Source: Eledone cirrhosa
Lineage: Eukaryota
Length of the DNA stretch: 64,000 bases
Reading direction: 5' to 3'
NCBI GenBank assembly: GCA_964016885.1
Contig: OZ024743.1
Location: forward strand, 25,544,001-25,608,000
Made by a program: the position numbers and the translations under genes. The notes under the pieces were generated by a model. The model saw only the letters and a list, made by a program, of their open reading frames with translations. It was not told the DNA's origin and did no database searches. Positions within the stretch are counted from its first letter, which is position 1, and each line of letters starts with the position of its first letter. Positions 37,290 to 52,130 of this stretch are shown here, piece after piece.

Positions 37290-40227
37290 TCATAAGGCCC
37301 ACAATTGTGGGGTAATGGAAAGTTGATTTAATTCACCCGAGCAGTGAACTGGTACTTTATTATATGAACTCAGGAAGGGCAAAGCCAGAGTTGAGCGACG
37401 TAACAAAATGTTAAAATGCATTTCATCCGATGCACTAACGATCCTGCCAATCTAGCGCCCTACCACTTCAACAATAATAATAGTCATCTTTGAGGCCGAA
37501 TGCTAAACAATTTTCGATGGCTACATGCATTTTATTAAATTAATACAAGTACTTAATCTACAAGGATCAAAGGCTAAATTTACTTAGTGAAATTTGAATT
37601 CAAATCACAAAGGGACATGACTAAATCTCACAAAGCTTTTCGTTTGGTGCTCTATCAATTCTGTGATCCATCATCTGAATAATAATCATAATGATTTATA
37701 ACACAGACACAAGTCTATAAATGTTCATTGGGGAGCAGTGTAGTTGATTAACTATTTGCTATACTTAATTATTTCCTTTCGTCTGGTAGGATGAAAATCA
37801 AAGTTGATCCGGGCAAATTTTTAAGTCAAAACGTAAACTTGACTTTTGTTTCCTTCCCCACATTCACCATGTCTGGCTCAAGAGAACAAATTTGTTCTTT
37901 GATTGCTTTGAATGGTTTCTGTTTTTAGAAGGAACGGTTGCTAGTCTCTAGCTGAACCGTTCATTTTACCCTTAATTGTAACCGGCTGACATACGTATTT
38001 GAATAACAATAACCAGGCGAAATCGAGATTACTTAGTTGGTAGATATTTTATCGACACCAGAAAAATCAACGCTGGAAGCGGCGTCATTTGAACTCAGGA
38101 TGTAAAACGTCCAAATGAATATTGTCTAACGGCTGGTTTTTGCAAAGGCATCTAAATATTTACCGCAAAGCGTTTTGTCCGACGCTCTATCGATGTTGCC
38201 ATAAATAATTAGTTAATTCAATGATTAATATATAATAAATAAATAACTTTTTTTTTTTAAATTGTCTTTTCAAATTTAGTTTTGAAGAAGATTTTGGATG
38301 GGAGGCCGCAATTCTGACGTGAAAGGTTTAGTAATCAAGAAGATATGATAATAATAATTAAAATATTTTCTTTAAATGAAACAAAGAGTGAAAGAGACAA
38401 CAATATCAATAAGAACAACACAGTCAAAAACAACAATAGTGATATTGACAATAAAAATGACAAGAATAATATTTTCTTCTTCTGATGCTCTCTTACGAAT
38501 GACTAACCTTTTATTCATTAGTTTTTTCTATCTTTATATAATTTCTTAATTTATTTTGATGCTATTTATTAAGAATTGTTATTATCATTATTATTACAGT
38601 AATTATGATTATAATACCACATTATTAAAGATCAGTGTCATCTAAAGTAAACTTGAAGCCATTTCGATAATATTTTGTTTCTTTTTTGTTGTTTATTTCT
38701 GTTTTTGCTTGTTTTATTTTTGTAATTTATTTTATTCATTTATTGCTGGATTTGCTTGGCTTATTGGTTATTTTACTTTCATTTTTGGTAATCTGTATTT
38801 TCTGTGTTTAGATGTGTGCCTGTGTATGTTCGTAGGTGTGTTGTGTATATGCATGTCTGTCTGTGTATATGTGATTTTGTGTATGTACGTAGGTGTGTTG
38901 CACATATACATTATGTCTGTGTGTATGTGTGTGTATGCACATATGTGTGCTGCATATATGCATGTATGTCTGTTTGTATGCACATATGTGTGCTGCATAT
39001 ATGCATGTATGTCTGTCTGTATGCACATATGTGTCTTTATATATATACATTATACATACCTGTAAATGCACATGTTAGTACGTATGTGTGAAATTTGTCT
39101 TTGTGTGTGTGTAAGTGCGTACATATACGTACCTGTGTTTGTATATATGTGTGACTTTGTGTTTTGCATCTCTTGCAGCAGCTACCATTGCTGCTGTTGT
39201 TGCTGCTGCTACCATTGCTGCTGTTGTTGCTGCTGCTGCTACCCTTCCTGCTACCATTGCTGCTGTTCTCGTTCTTGCTACTGCTACTATGTCTAATTGA
39301 TACAGATCAGGTTTAGCCGAGAAGCAAATTGATCCGTCGAGACCTATAGCTCACTAGACTGCAGATTAATAGCCACTCACGCACCACAGAACAAAGTTAG
39401 TTCAGATATTAGATACTTTTAATTGTCTCAATAACTTGCAACTTTCACTTTCATTTTCATTTTGAGAAGGGGGGTTGATGAGGGTTGGGTTAGTTATATG
39501 TGTTATTTGCTTTTTTCTGTGAGTAATAAGGATTTTTAGTAGAGACAAAATGTCACAAATTTTGGGGTCGTGAGGGAGGAGTAGAATAGATTAAAGTATT
39601 TCACTGGTACTTATTTTATCGACCTACCGAAAGGATGAAAGGTAATAATCAGCCTCTGTAGGATTTGATCTCAGAATATAAGGCGGCGTAAGGAAATGCC
39701 ACTAGACATTAAATCCGATATTCTATTGCCTTCTAGTTATTATTAATAATACATTTTAATAATGATACGAGACCAAAAATGTTGGAGAACGTTATAATCG
39801 ATTCTGTCAGTCCCCCTATTCAAGTACTTCAATGATACTTATTTTATCGACCACTAAAAGTCAATACCACCGGAGTTTGAACTCATAGTATAAAGAGACA
39901 GAAACAGATAATGTAAAGTATTAAGTCTGGCACTCAATCGATTCATCTAATCCTGACTTTTCTCTTTGTTAATGGTAATCATTTCAAACATAGGCACAAA
40001 GGTTGTTTTTTTTTGGGGGGGGGGGGGTGAAAGCGACGAATTAGCAGAGTCAGTTAAGCGTCGGATAGAATACCTTGCGGCATTTGTTTGGGCTCTCTTT
40101 ACCTTGACTTCAAATCCCGCCAAAATCAACTTTTCCTTTTAACACATCGGGCTCGATAGACAAAGTATCATTGATTCTTTTCTGGTCCGACGAGCTTTTG
40201 ATTCCAGAACCTTGAGCTGATCAATAG

Positions 40228-40301
<74 letters not shown>

Positions 40302-40800
40302 TCTCTCGTTCTCTCTCATTTTCTTTCTCTGATTCTCACTCTCTTTCACACACATACACTCTTTTCTGACTTTCGTTCTCTCTATCTCTCCATCTCTTTA
40401 GATAACAGTCGGCTGTGGTATTGTAGATAGGTGGGTTCCACCAAGTATTTAAATACTCAAGATACGGGTTTCCTCACGAAGCTGCTCCTAAGAACCAACA
40501 GAAGGCACAAGTAATTTTACTATTACATATTTTGACAATGATTCTGAAATTAAGAAAATCATAGTCTATGTCGTGGGATTTGAACAGAGCATGAGAATGA
40601 AGACCGACGCGCTATTGATTTGCTTATCCAACATACTAGTTTTAACAATAATGATAATAATAGTTTCTGATTTTGTGGGAAAGGGAAAGTCAAATTAATT
40701 GTTCCCAGTACTTGACCGGTACTTCATTTCATCGATCCGGAATAGAAGACAAGCAAAGTCGAGATCTTCGGAATTTGAGCAGAGAATGTAGCGACAGTGA
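37290..40800. mobile_element. Cluster of old, diverged SINE family A relics (approx. 37290-37460, 37520-37670, 37700-37830, 38030-38200, 39540-39730, 39770-39950, 40040-40170, 40660-40790), mostly minus strand
   Basis: Recurring degenerate CTGGTACTTATTTTATCGAC...GGATGAAAGG...ATTTGAACTCAG motifs; boundaries approximate. Confidence 0.6.
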
Positions 40801-41039
40801 GAAATTTGATTATCGGGAAGTGCAGAAATGGAGCCCACATTCCATTCAAGTATTACATTTACCAATAGACTTGGGTGTTCTCTGTACTTTGCCCATTCCG
40901 TTTTCCTCCTGCAGCTTGGTTAAGAAATCAGCTAATTCCTCATTTGGTGTTCTCGATAGTGATCTTCATGGCTTTCAAGAAGAAGGTGAGCTTCTTAATT
41001 TGAGTTTCTTCAGTTAGTGTGCTAGACTTATCTTCACCT

Positions 41040-41470
41040 GTGTGCCATACCATCTATTTCGGATGATTTACTGCTGGTAGTGAGTGTTTATCCTTTTCCT
41101 ACTCTTTATGCTACCATCCACGTTTTGCAACATCTCATCAATTTTAAGTTTTCTTTATTGTCGTTATTCCAAAGATCCTTCGGAAGAACCCCAGTTCCAC
41201 AATTTGTATTCTTTCGGGCATTACCCAAGATTCATGACCATAGGTAAGCGTTGGCACGAATACTGAATTGAAGATAGCGAGTTTGGCTTTTACACCTACC
41301 TCCTTTCTTCTGAATACTGAATGTGGCTCATGAAATTCTTGCACATAATTCAGCCTCCTGCATTTCACCACTCGAGAACTTTTCCACCTGCTTCAATGTA
41401 ACTCCACTTACTCGTAGAGTGCATTACGCAGGCTTCCTTGAGAGGGCAAGTATCCAACTTCAGCTAAAGG
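41040..41470 (-). pseudogene. RTE-type LINE ORF fragment (post-RT region)
   Basis: KAKLAIFNSVFVPTLTYGHESWVM..RIQIVELGFFRRIFGIT resembles the RTE consensus (..P.LTYG.E.W.......E..FLRRI.G.T). Confidence 0.7.
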
Positions 41471-42881
41471 TATCTGGAAGATAATTAGCAGAATTGCTGT
41501 ACAAACTAATCCAAATATACAGTTTTCAGTGCAGTTATGTATTATTAATAAACAAACCATAGATAACATGAATTAATTGAAAATCCTTAAATTTCATGTT
41601 CCACAAACGTTGGAATAGCTATCAAGACAAGTAACAATAGTTTCCTTCATTGTTATTGCTTTCTTGGTGCAGAGGTGTCGTTTAATACTCAACAACAGCA
41701 ACAATGTCAACTAGTCGCATATCAAATACTTTGAAAAGGCGAGCAAAACAAATCCGATGTGTTTCCGAACAATCCACATTCGATGGCATTTGAACAATAT
41801 GTAAACGAGTGAAAAGAAAAATATTTTTATATGCACTATCTGAAAGAAATTGCGTTGCTTATGAAAGAACATTTTTCGTTTAACATGTTCGACATGTTAA
41901 AAAAAATTATACATTTAATATCCAAATACCTTCCTAAAAAAAGCAAAATTTCAGAAAGAAAACATTTTCACTATTTCTTTTTTCCTATTAACCATTCATA
42001 AATAAACTTTCCATACTTTCAGTAGTTCAGTAGTACCAGACCGGACACACAATCAATCAATCAATAGCACAAACAGGCAAACAAATGTGATAAAAGGCAC
42101 TGGCACATATGATTTTGGTGGCTGTATATGTTAGATGTCAGATAGGGCGAGGTGCATGACTGACCTACGAAAATGTGACAGAATGAAAAGAATAGATACG
42201 ATGAATAACTGAAGACGTATCAAATTCATAACAGTGACCATCAACCAACAAAACAGTATATTCCTTTGTACAGTGATACTATCATTTCGTCAGTCATTGA
42301 TTCCATAAATCTTCAATTTAATTTATTCGTTTATTCATTTATTCACCCATCCATTTATTCATTTAAGGAAACGGTCTCATCAAAAAACCAGGCAACTTTA
42401 TATAATAAAGAATCAGGATAGGCTTTTTCTCTTGTTGTAAAAATTACATTTCCGTCATTCATCTTCACACGAGGAGACGTGCTTGTAAAGAGATGTTAGA
42501 ATACAACTAACACTACGGGGAGATTAAGTCTGCAATAGTTGTCTCAGATCTATGATCAACGGTATTGATATATATATTAAATATTGCTGCATAATAAATA
42601 CGGGTAGAAGTGAAACAAACACGAATAAATAAATATATATATATACATATATATATAGTTGGGGGTGGGTGGAATCAGGTTCTTCTGTTGTTTTACTTTT
42701 TGCTCTGATGTTTTTGTTGCCTTGTTGTTTATATGGCTTGGTTTCTGTTTGTTTGTTTTTGTTTTTGTTCTCTGTTTTTGCCGGAACGTATCAAGTGCAA
42801 TTGATATTATAGAGCTTTGATTGGAATAGTTTAAAGTAGCTTACAATGATACTAGAATAACATCAAGGCGGTTTTTCGTAC

Positions 42882-42910
42882 AGTAGTAGTAGTAGTAGTA
42901 GTAGTAGTAC

Positions 42911-42977
<67 letters not shown>
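42882..42977. repeat. (GTA)n microsatellite
   Basis: Direct reading. Confidence 0.95.
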
Positions 42978-43501
42978 CACCATATAAGGATTGATGACGG
43001 AAGTGGTAGTAGTACCGACTAATCTGATTATGATGTTGATGGTGGCGACGATAGAGTTATATAAATGGTTGTTGATCTGATTGCGCAGGCGGTCATCACA
43101 TGTATTCCAGATGAGACCATGATATCATTGTGTTTTATTGGAGAGTGAGATGCACAACTTATATCCTTTTATTTTTAAAATGTCGACTTTGAGGTCTATT
43201 TGGTTGCTCTGTTTGTTGCAAATCAGGTGACTACCTAGGTCCTCTCTTTGTTTTAAAACAAATAGTTGTTATCATGATGGCTATGATGGCAATTGTGTAG
43301 GTAGTTGTATAAGTAGTTATTGTTGTTTAGCTCCTGGCCAGACCTCTTTGAGGAAGCACATAACCAAAAACAGTCCAGCCTTTTAGTTTAGCCATAATGG
43401 GCCCAGAACTACTTTATATAATGTCATCTTGCTTTTTTTAAGACAGTAGGGTATGATTCAAAAGGGCCGAATAACAGAACCTTTAGATTGTCGGACAAAT
43501 A

Positions 43502-43715
43502 ATGGTTTCTGATTTAAGCACAAAGCCAGCAATTTGGGAGCAGGGAAAAGTCGATTAAATCGTCCCCATTGCGTGACTGGTACTTTATTTTATTGACCCC
43601 GAAAAGACGAAAGGCAAATTCAACCTCGGCGGGATTTAAAATCAGTACGCAAAGGGCCGTAAATCTTTGCCACAAAGCATGTTGTCCGACGCTCTAGCGA
43701 TATTACCAATACACG
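43502..43715 (-). mobile_element. SINE family A (long variant)
   Basis: Reverse-complement core and head; includes the GTCGATTAAATCG palindrome. Confidence 0.85.
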
Positions 43716-44902
43716 ATCGAACAAATAATAGATTGCGGTAATTGTTCAAGTTTCTTTACGTTCTGAGTTAAATTCCCAACGATGTTTCTTTACCGTTCCA
43801 TCCCTCCAGGATCGATAATTAGAGTACTAGTCAACGAAACTGTAAAATATGGTAGGTATGGGCAAAGTAATGTGTTGTTTAGCATGGAACGGTTTAACGA
43901 GAGCTGCTTGTGATTTAAAGGAGTTTACTCTGCTAGTCCTCGCAACTCGAAGGGATTCGATGGGTTTTTTTCGGGTTTGTTGTTGTTGTTGGGCGAACAT
44001 GATAGGTGTTGTGTTTATAGCTGTGGTCGTGATGGTACTTATGATATATAAGAGTTGAAGTGATTGATGATTGTGGTGAAGGTGACGATGGCGGAGGTTT
44101 GGAATCGTTGTCGGGATAAGAATAACTGTTGTCATTGTTTGTTGTTGTTGTTGGTGGTGGTAGGGTGGTGGTGGTGATGGTAGTTGAGGTGGTAGTGGGG
44201 GGGGGTGTTGATAGTGGCGCCGGTGGCTGGAAATGATATGTTGGGTGCGCCTCACTGCAAAGCAAAAGCAATAGCAAGAATATTAAAAAAAGAAAGAAAA
44301 AGAAAAATAACAAAAGCTGCATAATACAGACATTGGGTTTAAGCCAACATTGTTCAGTCGCAGCATAAATGAACAAGAAAACTCTCCAGAGCACGCTTGA
44401 AGGGCGGCAGAGTATATTAGACAATAACTATAGATAGAGGAGTTATGGATATAACAATAACAGTAACAACAATGATGATGATAATGATGGTGGAGATGGT
44501 GGTGGTGGTGGCTGAAGTGGTGAAGATGGGGGGGGGGCTGAAGTGGTGAAGATGGGGGTGGTGGCTGAAGTGTCGGCGTTAGTAAACTTCCTTGGCCAAT
44601 ATTTCTATTGTCTACAAATGGCTAAGACAGAAAGACAGATAAAAAGAAAGATTGCAAAAGGAAAGAAATATTAAAAGAATAAAAATTAAAAGAAGAATGA
44701 TAGAAAGGAAGAGAAAAGAAAGAAAGAAAGAATGAAAGAAAGAAAGAAATATAAAAAGAAAAAAGAAAGGTGGGAAATATAGCTATAAATAAAGAGGAAA
44801 AAGAGAAGGAAAGAAAGGAGAGAAAAGACAAAAACAAAGTTAGGAAAGAGAATGGGACAAAACAGAAGAAAGGACGAAATATAGAATGAAAGATAGAGAT
44901 AG

Positions 44903-44951
<49 letters not shown>

Positions 44952-45502
44952 GAGAGAGAGAGAGAGAGAGAGAAGGAAAGAAAGCCATAAGAAACAAAAA
45001 GAAAAAGAAAGAAAGAAAGAAAGAAAGAATGAAAGGAAGGAAGGAAGAAAGAAAGAAAGAAGGAATGAAAGAAAACACCTAGTGGAGTTAGTAGACATGG
45101 TGCTAGTTTTGTTCCTCCGGAAGTGAGGTCGTTTGTCTTGTTTTCCTTTGAAGCTGTAAAGTCAATAGAGAATCCATGTTCATAACATGACTTGACTGTT
45201 CCGATATAGTTAAGCTATAGGGGCCTATTAATGCAGATACAGAATATGTGAATTTTATGTAGAAGGGGAGTGAGGAGACAAGAGAGAGATGAGAAAGAGT
45301 GGGAGACACAGGAAGAGAGGGAGAGAAAGAGAGAGGTGAGAGAGGGTGAGCGAATGATAAAGATAGAGAGAAATGCTTGTTGGGCAGACATTTACAACAC
45401 ATATATGTGTGTGTGTGTGGATGTGAGTATGTATTATGTGTATATATCAACATATATTTATATATATATATATGTGTGTGTGTGTACTTATACAAGTATA
45501 CA

Positions 45503-45592
<90 letters not shown>

Positions 45593-45951
45593 TAAATTTT
45601 GCGAGAATCGCATTTCGGCGGGTAGAAATTAGCGAAACGCAACTTCCATATTGTGCAGACAAGCGCTCCATGGATATGAAGAAGAAGATACCAGGGCTAT
45701 AAACATAAGTTAAAATGGTCATACACGCTGAGACGATGGTTAAGAAGCCTTTAACTACCATTCCCAAAAAAGCGAACAAGCTAAACGGGTCAAACAAAAT
45801 GAGATATGATTGAAATATTTACCCGGACCCTCGGGGAAGATGGAATACTCTGAAATTGAGTTTCTGCAACACCTAAATCAATAATACTGTCTGCTTATAA
45901 AAAAAATAAGCTTTTGGTATAATGATCGAACAAGACATCGCTTTCTCAACG

Positions 45952-46012
<61 letters not shown>

Positions 46013-46088
46013 TGCCAGCATAACTCGGATATTGCGTTTCGGTTTGTTTTCGACCACAGCCGAAATTCGATCTCGCTGAAATTATATT

Positions 46089-46137
<49 letters not shown>

Positions 46138-46540
46138 GTATACTATCAAGATAAGAATCAGTGTGTGAGTGTGTGTACTTATGGAGTACACCACCAGCTA
46201 GTCTTTTCAGCATGTATTGAAAACGCGACTATGGCAATTTATTGAACGTTAAAAAAAATATATATATATAGAATTAGAAAGACAAAATTACCCCCATTAA
46301 AAATTAATATAATGAAAATATTTCTAATGATAAACATATAAACAGGATTCCCTCATTTCACCCGCATTGAAGGAATATTCATCTCATCACAAATCAACGA
46401 ATTAATAAAAGTCTACAAACAAAGCAAGCCTCTCCGATCAATAATTCCTCAAGTAAATACACACAAGATCGCTAATCAATTAGATATTATCAAACAATAT
46501 ACATCAGAATGATACAGAATTGGTTCAACAGAAGAATAAT

Positions 46541-46812
46541 GACCCGTGCCTTTGTGGTTAGGGTGTTTGGCTCATGACTTTAAGTTCATGCGTTCGATTC
46601 CCGGCGACGCTGCTCCAGTTCACTCAGCGGGCAAAAATTGTATTTGTAATTCAAAGCGCCAGCCTTGTCACACCACTGTGTCATACTGAATATCCCTGAA
46701 ACCTAATTTAAGAGCACACATCGTTGTGGATTGCTAAGCCACTTGCACGGTAATTTCACGAGCAGTTATTCTAACAACTGAAATACTAGTCCTTGGAACC
46801 AACGGAAGTCCT
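46541..46812 (+). mobile_element. tRNA-derived SINE (family B-related, different tail)
   Basis: GTGGTTAGGGTG...GTTCGATTCCCGG head followed by TGCTCCAGTTCACTCAGC. Confidence 0.7.
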
Positions 46813-48617
46813 TCACACACTTATATCCGAAGAGATCCTAGAAATATTTGAAAAAATGAATGAAGTAGGTAACATAAAAATTATATAAACTGATGCAATC
46901 AAACACCCAATAAAAATCACTCTCCGTATCAGCTAATATAGTACTGTTAGTATATTAATGAGAAACTGTAAGTGATATGTACAACTGACGTATTTCTCCA
47001 CTGTGCACCAGGCAAGTTATATCAGGACAATGATAGAAGAGCCACGTGTTCTTCTTTAGAGGCAATGTTTGTGGCGTTCTACATGGGCACAACAGAAAAA
47101 ACAGTAGTGCAAAGATACATCCATATACACCTTGTATAAGAATTATATATTTTGAGTGACTAAAGGAAGGCATAGAACATTTCTTTATTAAAATTCAACA
47201 TCCATGGCAATACAACCATTTAAACATACACATTCTGATAGAATAAAATAATACATACACCAGGTTTGTTTACACTGAATGCACAAATAAATGCCTACAT
47301 TCAGATAAAGACAAGCTGCCAGTGCTGAAATTCCTACTTAGGAGAACATTTAGAATCTTCTTCACTACATCTTGCCTTTGTCAAGTTTCACATAAACTGT
47401 ATGAAATTGCTGTCATTCACGGTTAGAGAAGATGCATTTCGAACAATACAAGCCTCATGCTCCAGTTTCAACTTTGGATATTGTGATGTTATTAATTTGT
47501 TTTACTTTAGATACCAGTTGTACTTAGATAGCGATGTGTACTGTTGCACTGTCCGAAGTATTGTATTCTCTTCAGTTCCTTCTTGTTCGTTGTTTTATCG
47601 AGATTCTTTCGATATTCTATCACTACGCTGTTAGCGATTAACTCTAGATTCATAATGATGTAGAATTTTGTTTCTGTACCTGAAGGAGATTTCGAAAGTT
47701 TTGGTTGCTTTTATATTACCATTGAGAAGAGATGGCATAAATTTATTGCAGCTGCATTTTTGTGGTGATTTATTAATTGTGATATTTTCCGTATGATTAT
47801 TGATAACTATTAAGATGATTTGTTGAATAGTTTGTAAAAGTTATGCTTACCAGGGATTTGTGACAGGAAATTTCTAGATCTATTGCTTGATCTAGCGCGA
47901 AGTAGAGCCTTGGGTTCGAACGAATAGTTAAGCATTACGTACTTTGAGTACATTTTAAAATCTTGTTTGTACATCAACACACACACACACATTCCCACAC
48001 TCGAAACATACATAACTATACACATACGCGCTCGCACGAACACACCAACAGAAACTATATATTTATATTCTCATATGAGATAGAAAGCTAATCATCGGAA
48101 TTTAGTAGTGTATAATAAACAGTTTGATTGTTTAGTTGTTGTTGTTGCTTTTACTGTAGTTGTTTATTATATGTTTACAATTATTATTTCCAGACTTGAC
48201 TTGAATTCCATTAATAATTAAGAAGGTGTTTATCTCTCTCTACAAACTCGAAAACTCGACCATGACTGTCTCCACTCAATTTATATTAAGGTAAGGTTCA
48301 CTAATCTATGTGTTAATTAAACTGTATGAAAACTTTAATTTACGCGCTCCCTGCTCTCTCTCAGAATAAATATTTAATACGATACGACTTATTAAACGCC
48401 GAATTTTGTATCATATTTTTTTATGCGTTTATGTATTCACACTGAGCTTTTGTTGTTTGTTCTTGTTCTTGCTGTGTTTTTGTTGTTCGGGTTTGAAGAG
48501 TTGGAGAGTAGAAAAATGTAAATTGTAAATATTAATAAAAGAAAAACGATGGTATCGGTCCGATCATATAGTTTCAAATATTATTATTATTATAAAACAG
48601 TGATTTTCGCAATATAT

Positions 48618-48672
<55 letters not shown>

Positions 48673-48813
48673 ATATCTGTCTGTCTATCTATTTTTCTAT
48701 CTCTCTATGTATCTATCTATCTACCTCTCTATCTATCGCCCATGTGGCTAATAAAGAAACATATCTATTTACTTCATCCTCCTATATCTATTTCTCTCTC
48801 ATGTAACTATCTC

Positions 48814-49112
48814 GAGTCCCGAGAAAAATATATACTAAAGCTAACTCTAAAAGATCTAAAACAAGCTACATGAAAGTTCGTACGAAGTAAAGGTGGAAAA
48901 ATAAATTCAGAATCCACCCCGCCCAAAAGAAAAGCGAAGAAAGAAATACTGAAACGAAAAAATAAGGCATAAGTGCCACTAAGAAATATAGAGGGCACAG
49001 AGAATAGTGGGAGCGGTCGGAAAAAGGGGACAAGTATCCGGGGTCTAAACCAACTGCTATAAAGGGCGGAGTCCGCCAAATCTATCCTAGACTAGGGGAG
49101 GGGGTGGGGGTA
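48814..49112 (-). repeat. 299-bp inverted copy of 51210-51508
   Basis: The ORF track gives the same translation on opposite strands (MADSALY...FSRDS); ends checked by eye. Confidence 0.95.
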
Positions 49113-49183
49113 TACCCAGACACAACCGATTCCTACAAAAACTCCGTAGCAACCTAACAGAGTATGATAACACAAATGACATC

Positions 49184-51012
49184 ATGGTGCATTCGGATAA
49201 AACTGGGAACCTATACTTTGTCAACCCTGACACTTACCACACACTGATCAGGAGCAGCCTAAACTCCACCTATAAAAAGGTCAACCACTCTTGCATCGAG
49301 GACATAAATCGAGATGGACAACAAATCACCTCCAGCCTCGGGGTCGCCGACCGCACGGAACCTCTAGACCCACGGACACCATACTTCACACTGAAGGACC
49401 ATAAATCCGATTTTGACCGTAAACCCTATATCAGGCTTATTAACCCAACGAAGTCCGACATAGGGAGAATCAGCAAAAAAATCCTAGACCGCGTGATACC
49501 AAAAGTCAAGCAACACACCCGACTTAGCCTATGGATCAACACCCAGGAAGTTATCTCCTGGTTCAGCAATATGGAGGATAAACGAGAAACTAAATTCATA
49601 CAGTTCGACATAGAGAGCTACTATGCTTCAATCACCTTACCGCTACTTACTGCCGCCTTGGACTTCGCCGAAACACTGGTGCCCATTACCGACCAGGAAA
49701 GAAAAATCATCCTCCACGCCAGGAAGACAGTCTTACTCTTTGACGAATCTAAATGGATAAAAAGAGCTCCCGACTCACCCTTCGACGTCAGCATGGGCGC
49801 CACGGATTCGGCGGAGGTCACAGATCTTATAGGATTATTCCTAATAGCCAAACTCACTGATATGTTTCCTGCATTCGGTGGTGGATTGTACCGTGATGAT
49901 GGGCTCCTTACCCTTAAAGGGTACAACCCCAGTAGTACAGATCGGGTCCGGAAACAATTAATCAGATTCTTCCGCGACTGGGGATTTAAAATAACCCTAC
50001 AAACGTCCCTGACCAGAGTAAACTTCCTGGACGTGACCCTCGACCTCGAAAACGACCTGTACTACCCATACTGGAAACCTAATGACAATCTGCACTACAT
50101 CCACCGCCGATCAAACCATCCTAGGAACATCACAAACAACCTGGTCAAAAACATCTCCCTCCGCATATCCCGTTTGTCAGCTAATGAGCGGATATTCGAT
50201 GAACATGCGCCTTATTACAACCAGGCCCTCAAGCGGAGTGGTTTCCGGGAGGAAATATCCTACTGTCCAGCTCCCATTAGCGGAACCAGCAGGAGACACC
50301 GCCGCTCACGCAATGTAACATGGTTCAATCCTCCCCACAACGCAGAGGTGACAACTCCCATCGGGAAACTATTCTTTAGGCTCATTGAAAAACACTTCCC
50401 ATTACAACACCGCTACCACAACATAATTAACAAAAATACCATCAAACTCTCTTACAGCACTACACCAACTTCGCACAAAACATCGTCTCCTCTAACAACA
50501 AAAAACTCAACCCCGATGGCAGAAATAACCTAAATAGCAGTGGAGAACCGACCAGGAGGTGTAACTGCCCGGATAGATCTATTTGCCCACTCGACAATAG
50601 ATGCAGAGACCGTAATGTGATCTACCAGTGCAACGTGAGGACGGATACCTCCAACAAAGCCTATATAGGACTTACCGCATGTGACTTCAAGACCCGGCTA
50701 TACCAACATAGACATACCTTCCGAAACCCGGCCCGGCGTCACGCCACTACACTTTCGGGCCACATATGGGACCTCAAGGACAACAACATCACCTATGATC
50801 TCACTTGGAGATTACTGTCCAGAGCCAATTCTTACACGGGAGGACGCCGTCCGTGCAATTTATGCTCGGAGGAAACTTTACAAATGCTGTTTTCGACGGA
50901 CCAACTCCTAAACAAGAAAGATGAACTGGTTACTGCATGTAAACATAGATTGCGTAGGACTTACCTCGCCCTCAAACCCCATAATGACCCGGGGGGTAGA
51001 CTAGGGCTATAA
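49184..51012 (+). pseudogene. Penelope-like RT + Cys linker + GIY-YIG endonuclease; one frameshift near 50470, N-terminus missing
   Basis: SDKTGN, TLKDHK, RLINPTKSDIG, FDIESYYASI, MGATDSAE, LYRDDGL, FLDVTLD, WFNPP; after the shift CNCPDRSICPLDNRC, VIYQC..AYIGLT..FKTRLYQH, CNLCSEE, CKH. Confidence 0.92.
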
Positions 51013-52130
51013 CACCCCACTTGCCGATTTTGCTATGGGTAACCCCTGCTTGCCAAGGGAGACGTAAGATCTTCTTTGTATTCTTTTATCGCTTCCTTTA
51101 TTTCCTTCCTTCCCCCCTCTCTCCTTAGTCCTTCTACCCCAGCTCTTCTCCTTTGTCGGCGTCTTTTCTCGCCCACCCGAGGCTGCCCTTTGGCCCCTTG
51201 TAGCCTTAGTACCCCCACCCCCTCCCCTAGTCTAGGATAGATTTGGCGGACTCCGCCCTTTATAGCAGTTGGTTTAGACCCCGGATACTTGTCCCCTTTT
51301 TCCGACCGCTCCCACTATTCTCTGTGCCCTCTATATTTCTTAGTGGCACTTATGCCTTATTTTTTCGTTTCAGTATTTCTTTCTTCGCTTTTCTTTTGGG
51401 CGGGGTGGATTCTGAATTTATTTTTCCACCTTTACTTCGTACGAACTTTCATGTAGCTTGTTTTAGATCTTTTAGAGTTAGCTTTAGTATATATTTTTCT
51501 CGGGACTCTGAATTATTATCTCGTATTAGTTCACTTTGCTGCACTGGGTGGTTGCTGGAATTGTGCCCGGGATGGAAACCTTTATTGTTTATTTCGTGGT
51601 AGTCTCTTTAGTATTTTGGCCCCTTTTGTTGACCCGTCACTGTATCATTTACGTACTTATACCTCTTAAAAGGGTCCTCGCCTATTTCGTCCCACCTAGT
51701 TCTTTTACTTATTTCGTTATTTCTTTATTTCTTTCTTTACTTCTTTCTTTCTTTATTTATTTATTTATTCTAGCCTAATAATATCTAGAGACCTAGGTCG
51801 TAGAATTTAATTTACTTTACTTTTTCTTTACACTCTTTTGTTTTTCTTTACACTTATTTGCTTTTCTTCACTCTCAGTATTTTTTCTTTCCTATATATTT
51901 CTACCCCCCATTATTCTACCTACCGTTCCGACTTCCTCCCCCTCCCCCTCCCCTGTATCTTCTTTGGCCTCATGCCCAGCTGTAGCTGGCACTACAAACG
52001 CTTGATTGGGTCTACTCCACCCCCTCCCCTCTTTCTCCTACTGGCAGGTTTATCCACCATCTCCCCTACTAATTTGCAACCACAGAATTACTACTGATTT
52101 TTGACAATCACTTTGACCATATATGGAATT

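Noticed and set aside
46960-47800. Possible decayed DNA-transposon coding relic (also 7700-8100, 13450-13750)
   Set aside because: Composition is suggestive, but I could read no diagnostic motif; needs TBLASTN or RepeatMasker.
51243-51602. Hydrophobic ORF MADSALY... present twice (also 48807-49079)
   Set aside because: Non-ATG start inside the T-rich pLTR; the duplication is explained by the inverted repeat.
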